A DNA stretch of 64,000 bases from contig JALOLH010000001.1 of the NCBI GenBank assembly GCA_025456065.1, positions 5,501 to 69,500 of the forward strand. The letters run 5' to 3'. Shown piece by piece: positions 16,625 to 27,835 of the stretch. The position numbers and the translations under genes are program-made. Source of the DNA: Candidatus Nanopelagicales bacterium. GTDB lineage: Bacteria > Actinomycetota > Actinomycetes > S36-B12 > CAIYMF01. Under the pieces are notes generated by a model that saw nothing but the letters and a program-made list of their open reading frames with translations, made no database searches and was not told the origin of the DNA. Positions within the stretch are counted from its first letter, which is position 1. Every line of letters begins with the position of its first letter.

Positions 16625-17458
16625 GTGACAGCAACCCCAACGCCCGACCCCTTCGCCTGGAGCACTGTCCGGGTGGACGGCAACGTCATCCGCTACCGGG
16701 TCGCGGGCCCCGAGGACGCGCCGCCGATGATCCACGTGCACGGCTTCGCCATCTCCGGCACGTACCTCACCCCGACCGCGGCGCTGCTCACCGACTCCTT
16801 CCGGGTGTACGTCCCGGACCTGCCGGGCTTCGGCAGCAGCCCCAGGCCCGTCGGGTCGCTGGGCATCCCCGACCTGGCGAGCGCGCTGCGCGGGCTCATG
16901 GACGCCCTCGGGATCGAGCAGGCGGTCCTGGTCGGCAACTCGCTGGGCTGCGCGATCATCCTCGAGCTCATCGACCAGGCGCCGGAGCGGGTGTCGAGGG
17001 CGGTCATGGTCGGCCTGGCCGGCGGCCCGCACAACCAGCCGCTGGGCAAGGCCCTGGTGCAGATGGCGCGCGACGGCATCAAGGAGCCGCCGCGCATGCT
17101 GATCGTCGCGGCCCCGGACTACCTGCGGTACGGACCGGTCCGCGCGATCAAGCTCTTCACGCGCATGACCCAGTTCCCGGCCGTCGAGCGATTCCTGTCC
17201 ATGCCCGTGCCGGTCATGGCGGTGATCGGCAGCGAGGATCCGCTCCGCCCGCCGTGGCGGCGCATCACCGAGCTCATGGCCCAGATCCCGCCGCAGGTCG
17301 ACATCGTGCTGTTCCAGGGCGCGGCGCACGCCATCAACTACACGCACCCGCGCGAGCTTTCCCACGCCATCCGGCAGTACGTGGCGGGCGAGCCGATCCG
17401 CATGGACGCGGGGAACCCGAGGGGCATCCCGGTGCTCCAGCTGCTGCGGCCGGAGTGA
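16625..17458 (+). CDS. Alpha/beta-fold hydrolase
   Basis: HVHGFAISG oxyanion region, nucleophile elbow GNSLGC (G-x-S-x-G) and C-terminal GAAHAINYTHP. GTG at 16625 was chosen because the upstream in-frame part is translation of the heptad repeat. Confidence 0.8.
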   Translation: MTATPTPDPFAWSTVRVDGNVIRYRVAGPEDAPPMIHVHGFAISGTYLTPTAALLTDSFRVYVPDLPGFGSSPRPVGSLGIPDLASALRGLMDALGIEQAVLVGNSLGCAIILELIDQAPERVSRAVMVGLAGGPHNQPLGKALVQMARDGIKEPPRMLIVAAPDYLRYGPVRAIKLFTRMTQFPAVERFLSMPVPVMAVIGSEDPLRPPWRRITELMAQIPPQVDIVLFQGAAHAINYTHPRELSHAIRQYVAGEPIRMDAGNPRGIPVLQLLRPE

Positions 17459-17566
17459 CGCTGCCGCAGTGACCCGCCCGGACCGTACGTCACAGGTCTG
17501 TCGCAATCTGCCCGGTTCGCGGTCATCCCGTCGGCCTGCCCTTGCCCGGGAGGGTTCAATAGGCCT

Positions 17567-18247
<681 letters not shown>

Positions 18248-18250
18248 CCC

Positions 18251-19735
18251 ATGCGGTTCGGCCTGCGCTCGCGCGTCGCGCTGGTGTTCGCCGTGCTGTC
18301 GATGCTCGTCGCGCTGGTCGTCTCCACCGGCATCTACCTGGCCAGTCGCGCGTACCTGACCAACCAACGCGAGACCACCAGCCTGTCCCGGGCGCTCACC
18401 GACGCCCGCTCCGTGGACGCCGCGATCGCCGGGGGGATGCAGCCGGGCAGGGCGCTGGCCCAGCTGCCCGTGGTGGGCTCGTCACAGGCGCTCATGCGGG
18501 TGGGCACCCAGTGGTTCTCGCGTGGCGCCAGCGTGCTGCCCGCAGACCTGCCGACCAGCCTGATCGACATGGCACTGTCGAGCGGCGGGGGCCAGCAGCG
18601 CATCGCGGTCGGCGACGAGACCTTCTACGCCGTCTCGGTGTACACCCGCTCCGGCCTGTACGTGGAGCTGTTCCCGCTCGAGGAGCTGGAGGCGATCCTC
18701 GACGACGCCCGGGTCATCCTGGCCATCCTGGCGATCGTGGCCTTCCTGGTCGGCGGCGCCGTCGGCTCCCTCATCGGCCGGCGCCTGATGCGCCCGCTCG
18801 AGCTGCTCGGGGCCGGGGCCCAGCAGCTGGCCTCCGGCGACCTGTCGGTCCGACTGCCCGACACCGGTGACCCCGACCTGGACCCGATCTCCGACTCGTT
18901 CAACGAGATGGCCGTCGCGGTCGCCTCCCGGATCGATCGCGAGCGCCGGTTCGTGGCCAACGTCAGCCACGAGCTGCGGTCGCCCCTGACGACGGTGGTC
19001 GCGACCGCCGAGCTGCTCGAGTCGCACCGGGACGCCTTCGGTCCCCGGGAGGCCCGACTGGTCACCAGCCTCGCGGGCCAGTCCCGCCGGCTGAGCCGGA
19101 TCCTGCTGGACCTGCTCGAGATCTCCAGCGTGACGGCCAGCGCCCCCGTGCAGCGCGACGCCACGGACGTGGCCGCCCTGGCCGAGCAGGTGCTCGTCGC
19201 CCGCAACCTGCCGCCCCGGCTGGTCAGCGGGGACCGGCCCGTCGTGGTGACCGACGCGCGCCGGATCGAGCGGGTCCTGGCCAACCTCGTCGACAACGCG
19301 ACCCGGCACGGGCAGGGGGTGCGCCAGGTGCTCGTCGTCCAGGGGGACCACGGGGTGCGCATCCACGTCGACGATGCCGGGCCGGGGGTCGAGCCGGACG
19401 GGGCAGACCGCCTCTTCGAGCCGTTCGCCCGCGGGGAGCGCGCCGAGGAGCACCGCGTGGAGGGGGCCGGGCTCGGCCTGGCGATCGTCCGGGACCAGGC
19501 CGACGCGATCGGTGCGAGCATCGCGGTGCGCCGCTCGCCGTTCGGCGGCGCGCGGTTCACGCTGGACCTCCCGGCGGACCCCGTGGAGCCTCCGGACCAG
19601 GCGCTGGCGCCCGCCGCGCCCGTGCCGGATCCCGGGAAGCAGGAGCGCCCACCCGTGGGTGGCCCGGTCGCCGGGAGTGCCGCCCAGCCCCCCGTCGACG
19701 CCTCCACCAGCCGGCGGACCGGGAGCGGGTCGTGA
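18251..19735 (+). CDS. Sensor histidine kinase (2 TM, HAMP, HisKA, HATPase) with a Pro-rich C-terminal tail
   Basis: H-box VSHELRSPLTT, N-box DNATRHG, G1 DDAGPGV, G2 GAGLGLAIV. Two TM helices flank a sensor loop of about 130 aa. Confidence 0.9.
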   Translation: MRFGLRSRVALVFAVLSMLVALVVSTGIYLASRAYLTNQRETTSLSRALTDARSVDAAIAGGMQPGRALAQLPVVGSSQALMRVGTQWFSRGASVLPADLPTSLIDMALSSGGGQQRIAVGDETFYAVSVYTRSGLYVELFPLEELEAILDDARVILAILAIVAFLVGGAVGSLIGRRLMRPLELLGAGAQQLASGDLSVRLPDTGDPDLDPISDSFNEMAVAVASRIDRERRFVANVSHELRSPLTTVVATAELLESHRDAFGPREARLVTSLAGQSRRLSRILLDLLEISSVTASAPVQRDATDVAALAEQVLVARNLPPRLVSGDRPVVVTDARRIERVLANLVDNATRHGQGVRQVLVVQGDHGVRIHVDDAGPGVEPDGADRLFEPFARGERAEEHRVEGAGLGLAIVRDQADAIGASIAVRRSPFGGARFTLDLPADPVEPPDQALAPAAPVPDPGKQERPPVGGPVAGSAAQPPVDASTSRRTGSGS

Positions 19736-20298
19736 CCGCGAGGTGGTGGCGGATCTGCGCCGTCGCACTGCTGCTCGTCGGCGCGACGGGGTGCGGCGTG
19801 CAGCTCCAGGACGCTGCCGAGCCGTTGCCCGAGGGAGCGCTGCCGGCGGGGGGCCCCGCAGCCTCGGAGCCGCCGCCTGCCCGGCTGACCAAGGTCCACT
19901 TCGTGAACGGCGGCGCACTCGAGGGCGTCGTCGAGCCGATGGACGACCGCTCGGCGAACGGGGTCCTGGCCGCGCTGGCCACCGGGCCGCCGGTCGACCG
20001 CGCCGAGCTGCGCACGCTGGTCCTCGACCCCGCCACGGGGACGCCGATCTTCCAGGTCCAGTCGGTCTCGCCCTACGGGGAGGTCGTGCTGCGTCGGGGG
20101 GAGGGGTTCGGCGCGCTGCCGGCGCTGGACCAGGTGCTGCTCACCGGTCAGGTGGTGCTCAGCCTGGACGAGGTCGGCCTGTCCCGGGTCGTCGTCGTCG
20201 ACGAGGCCGGGACCCCGGTCCCCGTCACGCTGCCCGACCTGCGGGTGGTGAAGCGCCCGATCACGGCCTCCGACTTCGACGACCTGCTCGTCCCCTGA
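19732..20298 (+). CDS. Lipoprotein with a GerMN-like domain, translationally coupled to the kinase
   Basis: Lipobox LLVGATGC. The body resembles GerMN (VHFVNGG, LAALATGPP, VLLTGQVVLSL). GTG at 19732 overlaps the kinase stop (GTGA). Confidence 0.65.
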   Translation: MTARWWRICAVALLLVGATGCGVQLQDAAEPLPEGALPAGGPAASEPPPARLTKVHFVNGGALEGVVEPMDDRSANGVLAALATGPPVDRAELRTLVLDPATGTPIFQVQSVSPYGEVVLRRGEGFGALPALDQVLLTGQVVLSLDEVGLSRVVVVDEAGTPVPVTLPDLRVVKRPITASDFDDLLVP

Positions 20299-20346
20299 CG
20301 GCGCTCACGGGCGCACTGCGCGTCAGGCGGCGGACTGATCCGGGCC

Positions 20347-21648
20347 TCAGCGCCGGGTGAGGCGCATGAGCGCGGGCCGGTCCGGGCGGATCGTGACCAG
20401 CGGGAGGGCCCGGGGCGGTGGGCCGCTCGGGGCGAGCCGGACGGCACGGCACACCATCGCCAGTGCGAGCACCGCCTCGGCGTACGCGAAGTCCCGCCCG
20501 ATGCACATGCGCGGCCCTGCGCCGAAGGGCAGGAACGCGGTGCGGACCGCGGCGGCCGTCCCCGGGTCCAGGAACCGGTCGGGGTCGAACCGCTCCGGGT
20601 CCGGCCACGCGCAGGGGTGCCGGTGGACGATCCACGGGCTGATGATCAGCAGCGATCCGGCGGGCACCGGTCGGGCCCCGAGCACGAGGTCGCTGTCCGT
20701 GCGCCGGGTGATCAGCCACGCTGGGGGGTGCAGCCGCATCGCCTCGTCCACCACCGCCCGCGCCAGCGTGAGCTTGGCCAGGGCGCCGAGGTCCGCCGCG
20801 GGGCGGGTCCGGGGGTCCGGCCCGAGCACGTCCATGGCCTCGGCCGCCACCCGATCGGCCACCGACGGGTGGGCGCCCAGCAGCACCAGCGCCCAGGTCA
20901 GGGCGGAGGCGACCGTCTCGTGCCCGGCCACCAGGAACGTGACGATCTCGTCCCGCACGGCCTGGTGGGACAGCCCGCCGGCGAGCAGCAGGTCGACGAG
21001 GTCGGGCGGCGTGCGTGGGCCGCAGGCCGCCCGAGCGGACAGGATCGCGGTGACGGCGGCGTCGAGCTCGGCCAGTGCGTGGGCCATGCGACGGTTGCCG
21101 GGTGTCGGGATCCAGCGCGGGGCCCGCAGGGGCATCCGCGCCACCGCCACGACCTCCCCGAGCGCGGTGAGCGTCGCCTCGGCGAGCCGGTCGGCCACCG
21201 GACCGAGGGCGTGCCCGAACAGCGACTCGCCGACCACCTCGAGGGCCAGGGACATCACAGCGGCGTCCATGTCCACGACCGCCCGGTCCGGCTGCCGGAG
21301 CAGGTCGTCGACGAGCCGTTGGGCGGCGTCCGCGGTGTGCGCGGCGACCCCGCCCAGCGTGCTGGGGTGGAACGCGGGCTGCACGATCCGACGGTGCTCG
21401 CGCCAGTGCTGGCCGTCCGCCGTCAGCAGGCCCAGCCCGGTCACCCGGGACAGGGCGCGGTACTGCAGGGTGTCCTTGCTGGTGGTCCGGGCCCGCCCCA
21501 CGAGCACCTGGCGGACGTCGTCGGGATGGCTGATCAGGTAGGTCGGCGGCGAGGGGATCGGGAACTGCACGACGTCGCCGTGGGTGCGCCACTGCGTGGC
21601 CAGGAACGCCAGCGGGTCCTCCCGGATGGCCGCCATCCCGCGCAGCAT
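20347..21648 (-). CDS. Cytochrome P450 monooxygenase
   Basis: Heme-thiolate loop FLPFGAGPRMCIGRDFA, I-helix AGHETVAS, and ExxR (EAMRLHPP). Confidence 0.9.
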   Translation of the reverse strand: MLRGMAAIREDPLAFLATQWRTHGDVVQFPIPSPPTYLISHPDDVRQVLVGRARTTSKDTLQYRALSRVTGLGLLTADGQHWREHRRIVQPAFHPSTLGGVAAHTADAAQRLVDDLLRQPDRAVVDMDAAVMSLALEVVGESLFGHALGPVADRLAEATLTALGEVVAVARMPLRAPRWIPTPGNRRMAHALAELDAAVTAILSARAACGPRTPPDLVDLLLAGGLSHQAVRDEIVTFLVAGHETVASALTWALVLLGAHPSVADRVAAEAMDVLGPDPRTRPAADLGALAKLTLARAVVDEAMRLHPPAWLITRRTDSDLVLGARPVPAGSLLIISPWIVHRHPCAWPDPERFDPDRFLDPGTAAAVRTAFLPFGAGPRMCIGRDFAYAEAVLALAMVCRAVRLAPSGPPPRALPLVTIRPDRPALMRLTRR

Positions 21649-21745
21649 GTCCGGTCCGGTCGGGCCCGGGGCGGTCGCGGGGGTGCGGCCGTGCCGACGG
21701 CCGGCGAGGTCGTCGTGCGCGGGGGGTGCGGCGGGCTGGCTCAGC

Positions 21746-22207
21746 TCAGCGCCCCGTGGTGACGTAGTCGACCAGCGCGGAGCGCTCCCACTCGAGGTGC
21801 GAGATCCGCGCCTTCACGATGTCGCCGATGCTCACGATGCCGACGAGCACGCCGTCGGCCACCACCGGCACGTGCCGGATGCGTCCGGCGGTCATCAGGC
21901 CCATGACCTCGTCGATCGAGGTGCCCGGCTCGCAGGTGTGCACCTCGGCGGTCATGATGTCGCGCACGTGCACCCGGTCCAGCTGGAGCAGCCGTGACTC
22001 GCGCAGCGCCGGCAGGGCGTCGCTGCACAGCGCGCGCACGATGTCGCGCTCCGAGACGATCCCCTCGATGGTCCGGCCGTCGGTGGAGACGACCATCGCG
22101 CCGATGCGGTACTCGGCCAGGGCATCGACGAGCTCGGTGAGCGTGGCGTCGGGGGCGATGGTGGCCACGTCCGAGCCCTTGGCCTGCAAGACGTGCTTGA
22201 TCGGCAT
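21746..22207 (-). CDS. Stand-alone CBS-pair domain protein
   Basis: Two CBS repeats (IGAMVVSTDGRTIEGIVSERDIV; IRHVPVVADGVLVGIVSIGDIV). ATG at 22207 is preceded by GGGAGG. Confidence 0.85.
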   Translation of the reverse strand: MPIKHVLQAKGSDVATIAPDATLTELVDALAEYRIGAMVVSTDGRTIEGIVSERDIVRALCSDALPALRESRLLQLDRVHVRDIMTAEVHTCEPGTSIDEVMGLMTAGRIRHVPVVADGVLVGIVSIGDIVKARISHLEWERSALVDYVTTGR

Positions 22208-22353
22208 GGCACCTCCCGGGTCCGTTGGGGAGTGCCACGGTAGTGGACCGCGTGCGGAAGTGACCAGCAGGTCGCGGATCGGCCCGCGTCGCAGTCCTGT
22301 CACCGCCGCCGGCAGGCCCTGCGCGTGCTCCCCGCCCGGTGCGACACTGCTGC

Positions 22354-22755
22354 ATGGCCCACGTCAACTTCGACGGGCTGAACCTGCGGATCACCCTCGT
22401 GCCGCCGGAGCGCCGGGCCGTGCACATGCGCGAGTTCGTGGTCCCGCGCGCCAACCTCGCGTGGGTGCGACACGCCCCGGACATCTGGGTCGAGGTGCAG
22501 CACGACATCGGGCTCATGGGCCTGGGCTTCCCGGGGATCCTGCTCTGGGGCACCGCGTGGACCCGCCACCGCCGCGACTTCTGCGTCCTGCACGGCCCGG
22601 GGCCGGGGCTGGTGATCGGCCTGCGCGACCACGCCTACGACCAGGTCCTGCTGTCGCTGCCCGACGCGGAGGCCTGGCCGCTGTTCGCCCGCCTGCGCGA
22701 GGTCACGACCGAGGACGCGCGGGGCGCCACGGAGCCGGGCGGAACGGGCACGTGA
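22354..22755 (+). CDS. Hypothetical protein
   Basis: 133-aa ORF with GC3-rich codons, no motif I recognise, one hydrophobic stretch LMGLGFPGILLWG. Confidence 0.45.
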   Translation: MAHVNFDGLNLRITLVPPERRAVHMREFVVPRANLAWVRHAPDIWVEVQHDIGLMGLGFPGILLWGTAWTRHRRDFCVLHGPGPGLVIGLRDHAYDQVLLSLPDAEAWPLFARLREVTTEDARGATEPGGTGT

Positions 22756-22792
22756 GCCCGGCGGGCACGTGGAGCACCGGGGCCGTGCGGCG

Positions 22793-23593
22793 TCACCCGG
22801 CGAGCACGTCCAGCACCTGCTGGTGCAGCAGCCCGTTGGTGGTGAGGCCGCTGCCGGCGCCGAGCGCCGGGCTGCCGTCCACCCCCGTGATCCGGCCGCC
22901 GGCCTCCTCGACGATCGCGACCAGCCCCGCCACGTCCCAGATGTTGAGCTCGGGCTCGGCGGCCACGTCGACCGCGCCCTCGGCGACCAGCAGGTGCGAC
23001 CAGAAGTCACCGTAGGCCCGGGCCCGCCAGACCCCGTGGGTGAGCGCCGCCAGGGCGCCCGGGCGCCACCCCACGTGGTCGCTGAAGGACAGGCTCGCGT
23101 CGGCGAGGTCGCGCACCGCGGAGACGTGCAGGGTGCGTTCCCCGTCGGGCCCCCGGGTGTGCGCCCCGGCGCCCCGGGCCGCCCACCAGCGCCGGCCCAG
23201 GGCAGGTGCGCTCACCACGCCCACCTCGGCACGGCCCTCGACCAGCAGGCCGATCAGCGTGGCCCAGACCGGGACACCACGGACGTAGTTCTTCGTCGCG
23301 TCGATCGGGTCGATGACCCACTGCCGGGTCGCGCCGGTCATGGCGCCGCCGAACTCCTCGCCGAGGACCGGATCCTCGGGCCGGGCCTCGGCCAGCATCG
23401 CGCGCAACGCGGCCTCGACCGCGCGATCGGCTTCCGTCACCGGAGTGAGGTCCGGCTTGGTCTCCACGACGAGGTCGGCTGCGCGGTACCGATCCAGGGC
23501 GATCGCGTCCGCGGCGTCGGCCAGCGCCAGGGCCAGGGCGAGGTCGTCGCCCCCCGGGCGCGCGGGTTGCTGCATCTGGGGAGGGTGGGCCAC
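22793..23593 (-). CDS. hisN: Inositol-monophosphatase-family histidinol-phosphatase
   Basis: IMPase metal-binding motifs LGEEFGG, WVIDPIDATKNY and WDVAGLVAIVEEAGG. Actinobacterial HisN-like N-terminus LALALADAADAIAL. Confidence 0.75.
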   Translation of the reverse strand: MAHPPQMQQPARPGGDDLALALALADAADAIALDRYRAADLVVETKPDLTPVTEADRAVEAALRAMLAEARPEDPVLGEEFGGAMTGATRQWVIDPIDATKNYVRGVPVWATLIGLLVEGRAEVGVVSAPALGRRWWAARGAGAHTRGPDGERTLHVSAVRDLADASLSFSDHVGWRPGALAALTHGVWRARAYGDFWSHLLVAEGAVDVAAEPELNIWDVAGLVAIVEEAGGRITGVDGSPALGAGSGLTTNGLLHQQVLDVLAG

Positions 23594-23637
23594 GACGGAC
23601 TAGGCTAGCGAGCCGACCGCGGGGCATACTGGCAGGC

Positions 23638-24633
23638 GTGGGGGTCACTGACGACGCTGACGCGCGCCCATCGTCCGGCGCGCGCTGGTTCGTCGCGACC
23701 ACGCTCGTGCTCAGCGGTGCGCTCGTGGCGGGAGGTGCCTGGGTCAACGCCCAGGTGCCGCCGGCGGTCGCCCTGCAGCCCGTGCCGGCCTCCGTCGTGG
23801 TCGCCCCGCAGACGCTGGATGCGCGGGCCGCGATCGCCACGGATCGGCTGGCCGTGGCCGCCGGGCGCTCGCTGTCCAGCCTGGCCGAGCAGGCGGCCGG
23901 CCCGAAGGCGAACCCGGCCGAGTCCGCCGCCCCCGTCGTCGCCGGTGCGGCGGCTGCCACGGAGCAGTACGCCGAGCAGCTCGAGGAGCTCAACCGTGCC
24001 GAGGAGGCCGCCGCCGCGCAGCTGGCCATGACCGAGGAGGAGCTCGCGCGGGCCGAGGAGGCGCGGGCGGAAGCCGCCGAGGACCTCGCCGAGGAGGAGG
24101 CCGCGGCTGCCCGTGAGGTCGACGCCGCCATCGACGCCGCGATCGCTGCTGCCCAGGCCCAGACCGCCCTGAGCGCCATCGAGGAGAGCCTCGGCGGTCG
24201 GAGCCTGGCTGGGGCCGTCGCGGAGGGCCGATCGACGAGCACCGACGAGGTCCTCGACCTCGTCCGGGCCGCCTTCCCCGCCAACCAGGTCGGCAACGCG
24301 ATGGCGGTGGCCCGGTGCGAGTCGGGGCACGCGAACCGCGTCGGCCGCGAGAACCCGAACGGGACCCGCGACTTCGGCGTGTTCCAGATCAACGACGGCG
24401 GCACCATCCAGGCGGCCCTGAAGGCGATCCGGGTGCCCTACGCCGACATCGCCGAGGCCCGCGAGAAGGCGCTCGACCCGGTGCTCAACGTGCGGATGGC
24501 ACGGGCGATCTGGGACGCCCGTGGCTGGCAGCCGTGGGTCTGCGCGTCGAAGCTGAAGATCGTCACCGGGCTCTACCAGCGCGCGCCGGGTCCCATGGCC
24601 GGCAAGTACGACGAGTACGGCCGGGCGCAGTAG
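23638..24633 (+). CDS. Membrane-anchored coiled-coil protein with a C-terminal lysozyme-like transglycosylase domain
   Basis: TM anchor WFVATTLVLSGALVAGGAW, an Ala/Glu-rich coiled coil, and the catalytic region AVARCESGHANRVGRENPNGTRDFGVFQIND. Confidence 0.75.
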   Translation: MGVTDDADARPSSGARWFVATTLVLSGALVAGGAWVNAQVPPAVALQPVPASVVVAPQTLDARAAIATDRLAVAAGRSLSSLAEQAAGPKANPAESAAPVVAGAAAATEQYAEQLEELNRAEEAAAAQLAMTEEELARAEEARAEAAEDLAEEEAAAAREVDAAIDAAIAAAQAQTALSAIEESLGGRSLAGAVAEGRSTSTDEVLDLVRAAFPANQVGNAMAVARCESGHANRVGRENPNGTRDFGVFQINDGGTIQAALKAIRVPYADIAEAREKALDPVLNVRMARAIWDARGWQPWVCASKLKIVTGLYQRAPGPMAGKYDEYGRAQ

Positions 24634-24644
24634 CGGCGCACCCC

Positions 24645-24712
24645 GGCCCAACCACCTCCGGCCCAGCCACCTCCGGCCCCGCCTCCTCCGGGCCCAGCCA
24701 CCTCCGGCCCGG
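24645..24712. repeat. Four tandem units of about 15-16 bp between convergent genes
   Basis: Units are ggcccaaccacctccg, gcccagccacctccg, gccccgcctcctccgg and gcccagccacctccg. They fill the whole gap between the transglycosylase stop (24633) and the rsgA stop (24713). Confidence 0.9.
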
Positions 24713-25738
24713 TCAGGCGCCCGGCTCCGGTGGGCGGGTCGCGAGCAGGCGGCGCAGCGAGGCGAGCCGGGCGGTCCCGTGCTCGCCGGCAGCCCCCGAA
24801 GCCGCGAACGCGTCCAACGCGCAGTCCTCGGCCCCCTCGGTGTGCGGGCAGCCGCGCGGGCACTCCTCGAGGGCCGGGTCGAACTCGCCGAAGGCGTGCA
24901 GCACGCGGTCGGGGTCCACGTGGGCCAGGCCGAACGAGCGCACGCCCGGGGTGTCGATGAGCCAGCCGCCCTCGGGCAGCGGCAGGGCCAGCGCCTGGGC
25001 GGAGGTGTGCCGGCCGCGGCCGGTGACCAGGTTGACCTCCCCGGTGGCGCGCTCGGCGTCGGGCACCAGGGCGTTCACCAGCGTCGACTTGCCGACCCCG
25101 GAGTGGCCGACGAGGCAGGTGACCCGGCCCAGCAGGTGCCCGCGCAGGGCGTCCAGGTCCGCCGGCTCGGGCGTGGACCCGTCGTCGAAGCCGCAGACGA
25201 TGGCGGGCACGTCGAGCGCGGCGTACAGCGACAGCAGGGGAGCGGGGTCGGCGAGGTCGGCCTTGGTCAGGACCAGCAGCGGGGCCAGGCCCGCGTCGTA
25301 GGCGGCGACCAGGCACCGGTCGATCAGGCCGGGGCTGGGCTCCGGGTTCGCCAGCGCGGTGACGATGGCCAGCTGCTCGGCGTTGGCCACGAGCACCCGC
25401 TCGTCGGGGTCGTCGTCGTCGGCGGAGCGGCGCAGCACCGTGGTCCGCTCCTCGATGCGCACGATCCGGGCCAGCGCGTCACGGCCGCCGCGCAGGTCGC
25501 CGGTCAGCCAGACCGCGTCACCGACGACCACGGCCTTGCGGCCGAGCTCGCGTGCCTTGACCGCGAAGACGGGCTGGCCGCCCTCGTCGAGGAGCACGGT
25601 GAACCGGCCGCGGTCCACGGCCACCACCCGCGCGGGTGCACCGGCGGCGTGGGCGGGGCGGTCCTTGCTGCGTGGTCGTGACTTGCGCCGGCCGGGCCGG
25701 ACCCGGACGTCCTCCTCGGTCCAGGTGGTGCCCCTCAC
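24713..25738 (-). CDS. rsgA: Ribosome small-subunit-dependent GTPase A
   Basis: Circularly permuted GTPase: LTKADL (G4) precedes [14 protein letters not shown] (G1). C-terminal Zn cluster [17 protein letters not shown] at 25738 overlaps the aroA stop (GTGA). Confidence 0.9.
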   Translation of the reverse strand: MRGTTWTEEDVRVRPGRRKSRPRSKDRPAHAAGAPARVVAVDRGRFTVLLDEGGQPVFAVKARELGRKAVVVGDAVWLTGDLRGGRDALARIVRIEERTTVLRRSADDDDPDERVLVANAEQLAIVTALANPEPSPGLIDRCLVAAYDAGLAPLLVLTKADLADPAPLLSLYAALDVPAIVCGFDDGSTPEPADLDALRGHLLGRVTCLVGHSGVGKSTLVNALVPDAERATGEVNLVTGRGRHTSAQALALPLPEGGWLIDTPGVRSFGLAHVDPDRVLHAFGEFDPALEECPRGCPHTEGAEDCALDAFAASGAAGEHGTARLASLRRLLATRPPEPGA

Positions 25739-27042
25739 GCAGCCCCGTCCGCGGGCAGTCCCAGCATCGCCGACCACAGGTCGGCGAACCCCGGCAGCGT
25801 CTTGCGCGTGGTGTCCACGTCGACGATCCGCAGCCCGGGGACCCGCAGGCCGAGCACGGCGCCGGCCATGGCCATCCGGTGGTCGTCGTAGGTCTCGAAG
25901 TCGCCGCCGTGCAGGGGGGTGGGCGCGATCCTCAGCGAGTTGGGCCGGGCCTCCACCTGCCCGCCGAGCCGGTTGATCTGCGTGCACAGCGCCTCGAGCC
26001 GGTCGGTCTCGTGGCCGCGCAGGTGGCCGATGCCGCGCAGCCGGCTCGGGGAGTCCGCCAGCGCGGCCACCGCGGCCACCACGGGGGCGAGCTCGCCGAC
26101 GTCGCGCAGGTTCACGTCGATGCCGTGGATCACGTCCGGCCCGGTCAGCGTGAGTCCCTCGTCGGAGAGCGCCACCCGGGCGCCCATCTCGGCCAGGATC
26201 GTGCGCAGCTGGTCGCCGGCCTGGGTGGTCCGCAGCGGCCAGCCGGGGATGGTCACCCGGCCCCCGGTGACCATGGCAGCGGCCAGGAACGGGGCGGCGT
26301 TGGACAGGTCCGGCTCGATCACCCGGTCCACGGCGCGGATCGTGCCCGGGCGCACCAGCCAGCGGGCGTCGCTGGGGTCGGCGTCGTCGCTGTCGACCTC
26401 GACCCCGGACTCGCGCAGCATCGCGACGGTCATGTCGACGTGCGGCAGCGACGGGATCGGCCGGCCGACATGGCGCAGGTCCACGCCGTCGTCGAACCGC
26501 GCGGCGGCGAGCAGCAGGCCGCTGACGTACTGGCTCGAGGCGCTGGCGTCCACCGTGGCCGCACCGCCCGGCACCCTGCCGGTGCCGCGGACCGTGAACG
26601 GCAGGCAGTTGCGGCCGTCGTCGTCGATGCGGACGCCGAGGGTCTCCAGGGCGGCCAGGATCGCGCCCATCGGGCGCATCCGGGCCCGAGGGTCACCGTC
26701 GAACCGCACGTCGCCCCTGGCCAGGCCGGCGACCACCGGGAGGAAGCGCATCACGGTGCCGGCCAGCCCGCAGTCCACGTGGGCCGGGCCGCGCAACCGG
26801 GTGGGGGTGACGGCCCAGCCCCCGGTGCCGTCCTTGTCGATCCCCGCGCCGAGCGCGCGCAGGCCGGCCACCATCAACTTGGTGTCGCGGGCCTTGAGCG
26901 GCCCGGTGATCCGACTCGGCCCGTCGGCCAGGGCGGCCAGCACCAGGGCACGGTTGGTCAGCGACTTGCTGCCCGGAAGGGCCACGCGCGCCTGCACCGG
27001 ACCGGCGGCCGTCGGTGCAGGCCACGGTTCCTCAGCAGGCAC
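25735..27042 (-). CDS. aroA: 3-phosphoshikimate 1-carboxyvinyltransferase (EPSP synthase)
   Basis: [27 protein letters not shown] and [14 protein letters not shown]. Start GTG 27042 was chosen so the gene does not overlap the divergent SRAP gene; this is uncertain. Confidence 0.9.
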   Translation of the reverse strand: MPAEEPWPAPTAAGPVQARVALPGSKSLTNRALVLAALADGPSRITGPLKARDTKLMVAGLRALGAGIDKDGTGGWAVTPTRLRGPAHVDCGLAGTVMRFLPVVAGLARGDVRFDGDPRARMRPMGAILAALETLGVRIDDDGRNCLPFTVRGTGRVPGGAATVDASASSQYVSGLLLAAARFDDGVDLRHVGRPIPSLPHVDMTVAMLRESGVEVDSDDADPSDARWLVRPGTIRAVDRVIEPDLSNAAPFLAAAMVTGGRVTIPGWPLRTTQAGDQLRTILAEMGARVALSDEGLTLTGPDVIHGIDVNLRDVGELAPVVAAVAALADSPSRLRGIGHLRGHETDRLEALCTQINRLGGQVEARPNSLRIAPTPLHGGDFETYDDHRMAMAGAVLGLRVPGLRIVDVDTTRKTLPGFADLWSAMLGLPADGAA

Positions 27043-27079
27043 GCCCGGCAGCGTACCGGACTGTGCGAGGCTTGCCCGC

Positions 27080-27835
27080 GTGTGCGGACGGTACGCGGCG
27101 AGCAGGGACACGGCGGCGATCATCGAGGAGTTCCGCGTCGAGCAGGTCGTCGAGCCCGCCCCCGAGCCGAGCTGGAACGTGGCCCCGACCGACAGCGTCG
27201 CCTTCGTGGTCGACCGGCCGGGGGAGGACGAGGCGACGGTGCAGCGCCAGCTGCGCCGGGCCAGGTGGGGCCTCGTGCCCTCGTGGGCCAAGGACCCCGC
27301 CATCGGCGCCCGGATGATCAACGCCCGCTGGGAGCAGGCGGCCGAGAAGCCCGCGTTCCGTCGGGCGTTCGCCAAGCGGCGCTGCCTCATCCCTGCCGAC
27401 GGCTACTTCGAGTGGTACGCGACCAGCCAGCCGGGTGCGGGGGGCCGGCCGCGCAAGCAACCCTTCTACATCCACCGCGGCGACGGCCGCAGCCTCGGCC
27501 TGGCCGGGCTCTACGAGTTCTGGCGCCCGACGCCGCAGGACGAGTGGCTGGTGACCGTCACGGTGCTCACCACCGCCTCGGCCGGCCCGCTCGCCGCGCT
27601 GCACGATCGGATGCCGGTGGTGGTCGACCCCGAGGCGTACGCCGCGTGGCTCGATCCCGGGGTGGCACTCGGGGCGGACTTCGCCGGCACCCTGGCCCCG
27701 GCGGCGCTCGCGGCGCACCCGGTCAGCACGGCCGTGAACGCGGTCCGCAACGACGGCCCCGAGCTGGTGCTGCCCCTGCCGGCCGAGGAGGTCGCCGACG
27801 TGCCCGCCGAGCTGCGCGACGAGTCGAAGCCGTGA
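27080..27835 (+). CDS. SOS-response-associated peptidase (SRAP/YedK family, abasic-site DNA-protein crosslinking)
   Basis: Start GTG-TGC gives the family-defining N-terminal Cys2 (V/M-CGRY). Also [37 protein letters not shown]. Confidence 0.85.
   Translation: MCGRYAASRDTAAIIEEFRVEQVVEPAPEPSWNVAPTDSVAFVVDRPGEDEATVQRQLRRARWGLVPSWAKDPAIGARMINARWEQAAEKPAFRRAFAKRRCLIPADGYFEWYATSQPGAGGRPRKQPFYIHRGDGRSLGLAGLYEFWRPTPQDEWLVTVTVLTTASAGPLAALHDRMPVVVDPEAYAAWLDPGVALGADFAGTLAPAALAAHPVSTAVNAVRNDGPELVLPLPAEEVADVPAELRDESKP

Noticed and set aside
24645-24712. G-quadruplex on the minus strand of the 15-bp repeat
   Set aside because: The GGG runs are separated by loops of 11-13 nt, well outside the canonical motif, unlike the tracts at 16480-16545 and 33921-33947.
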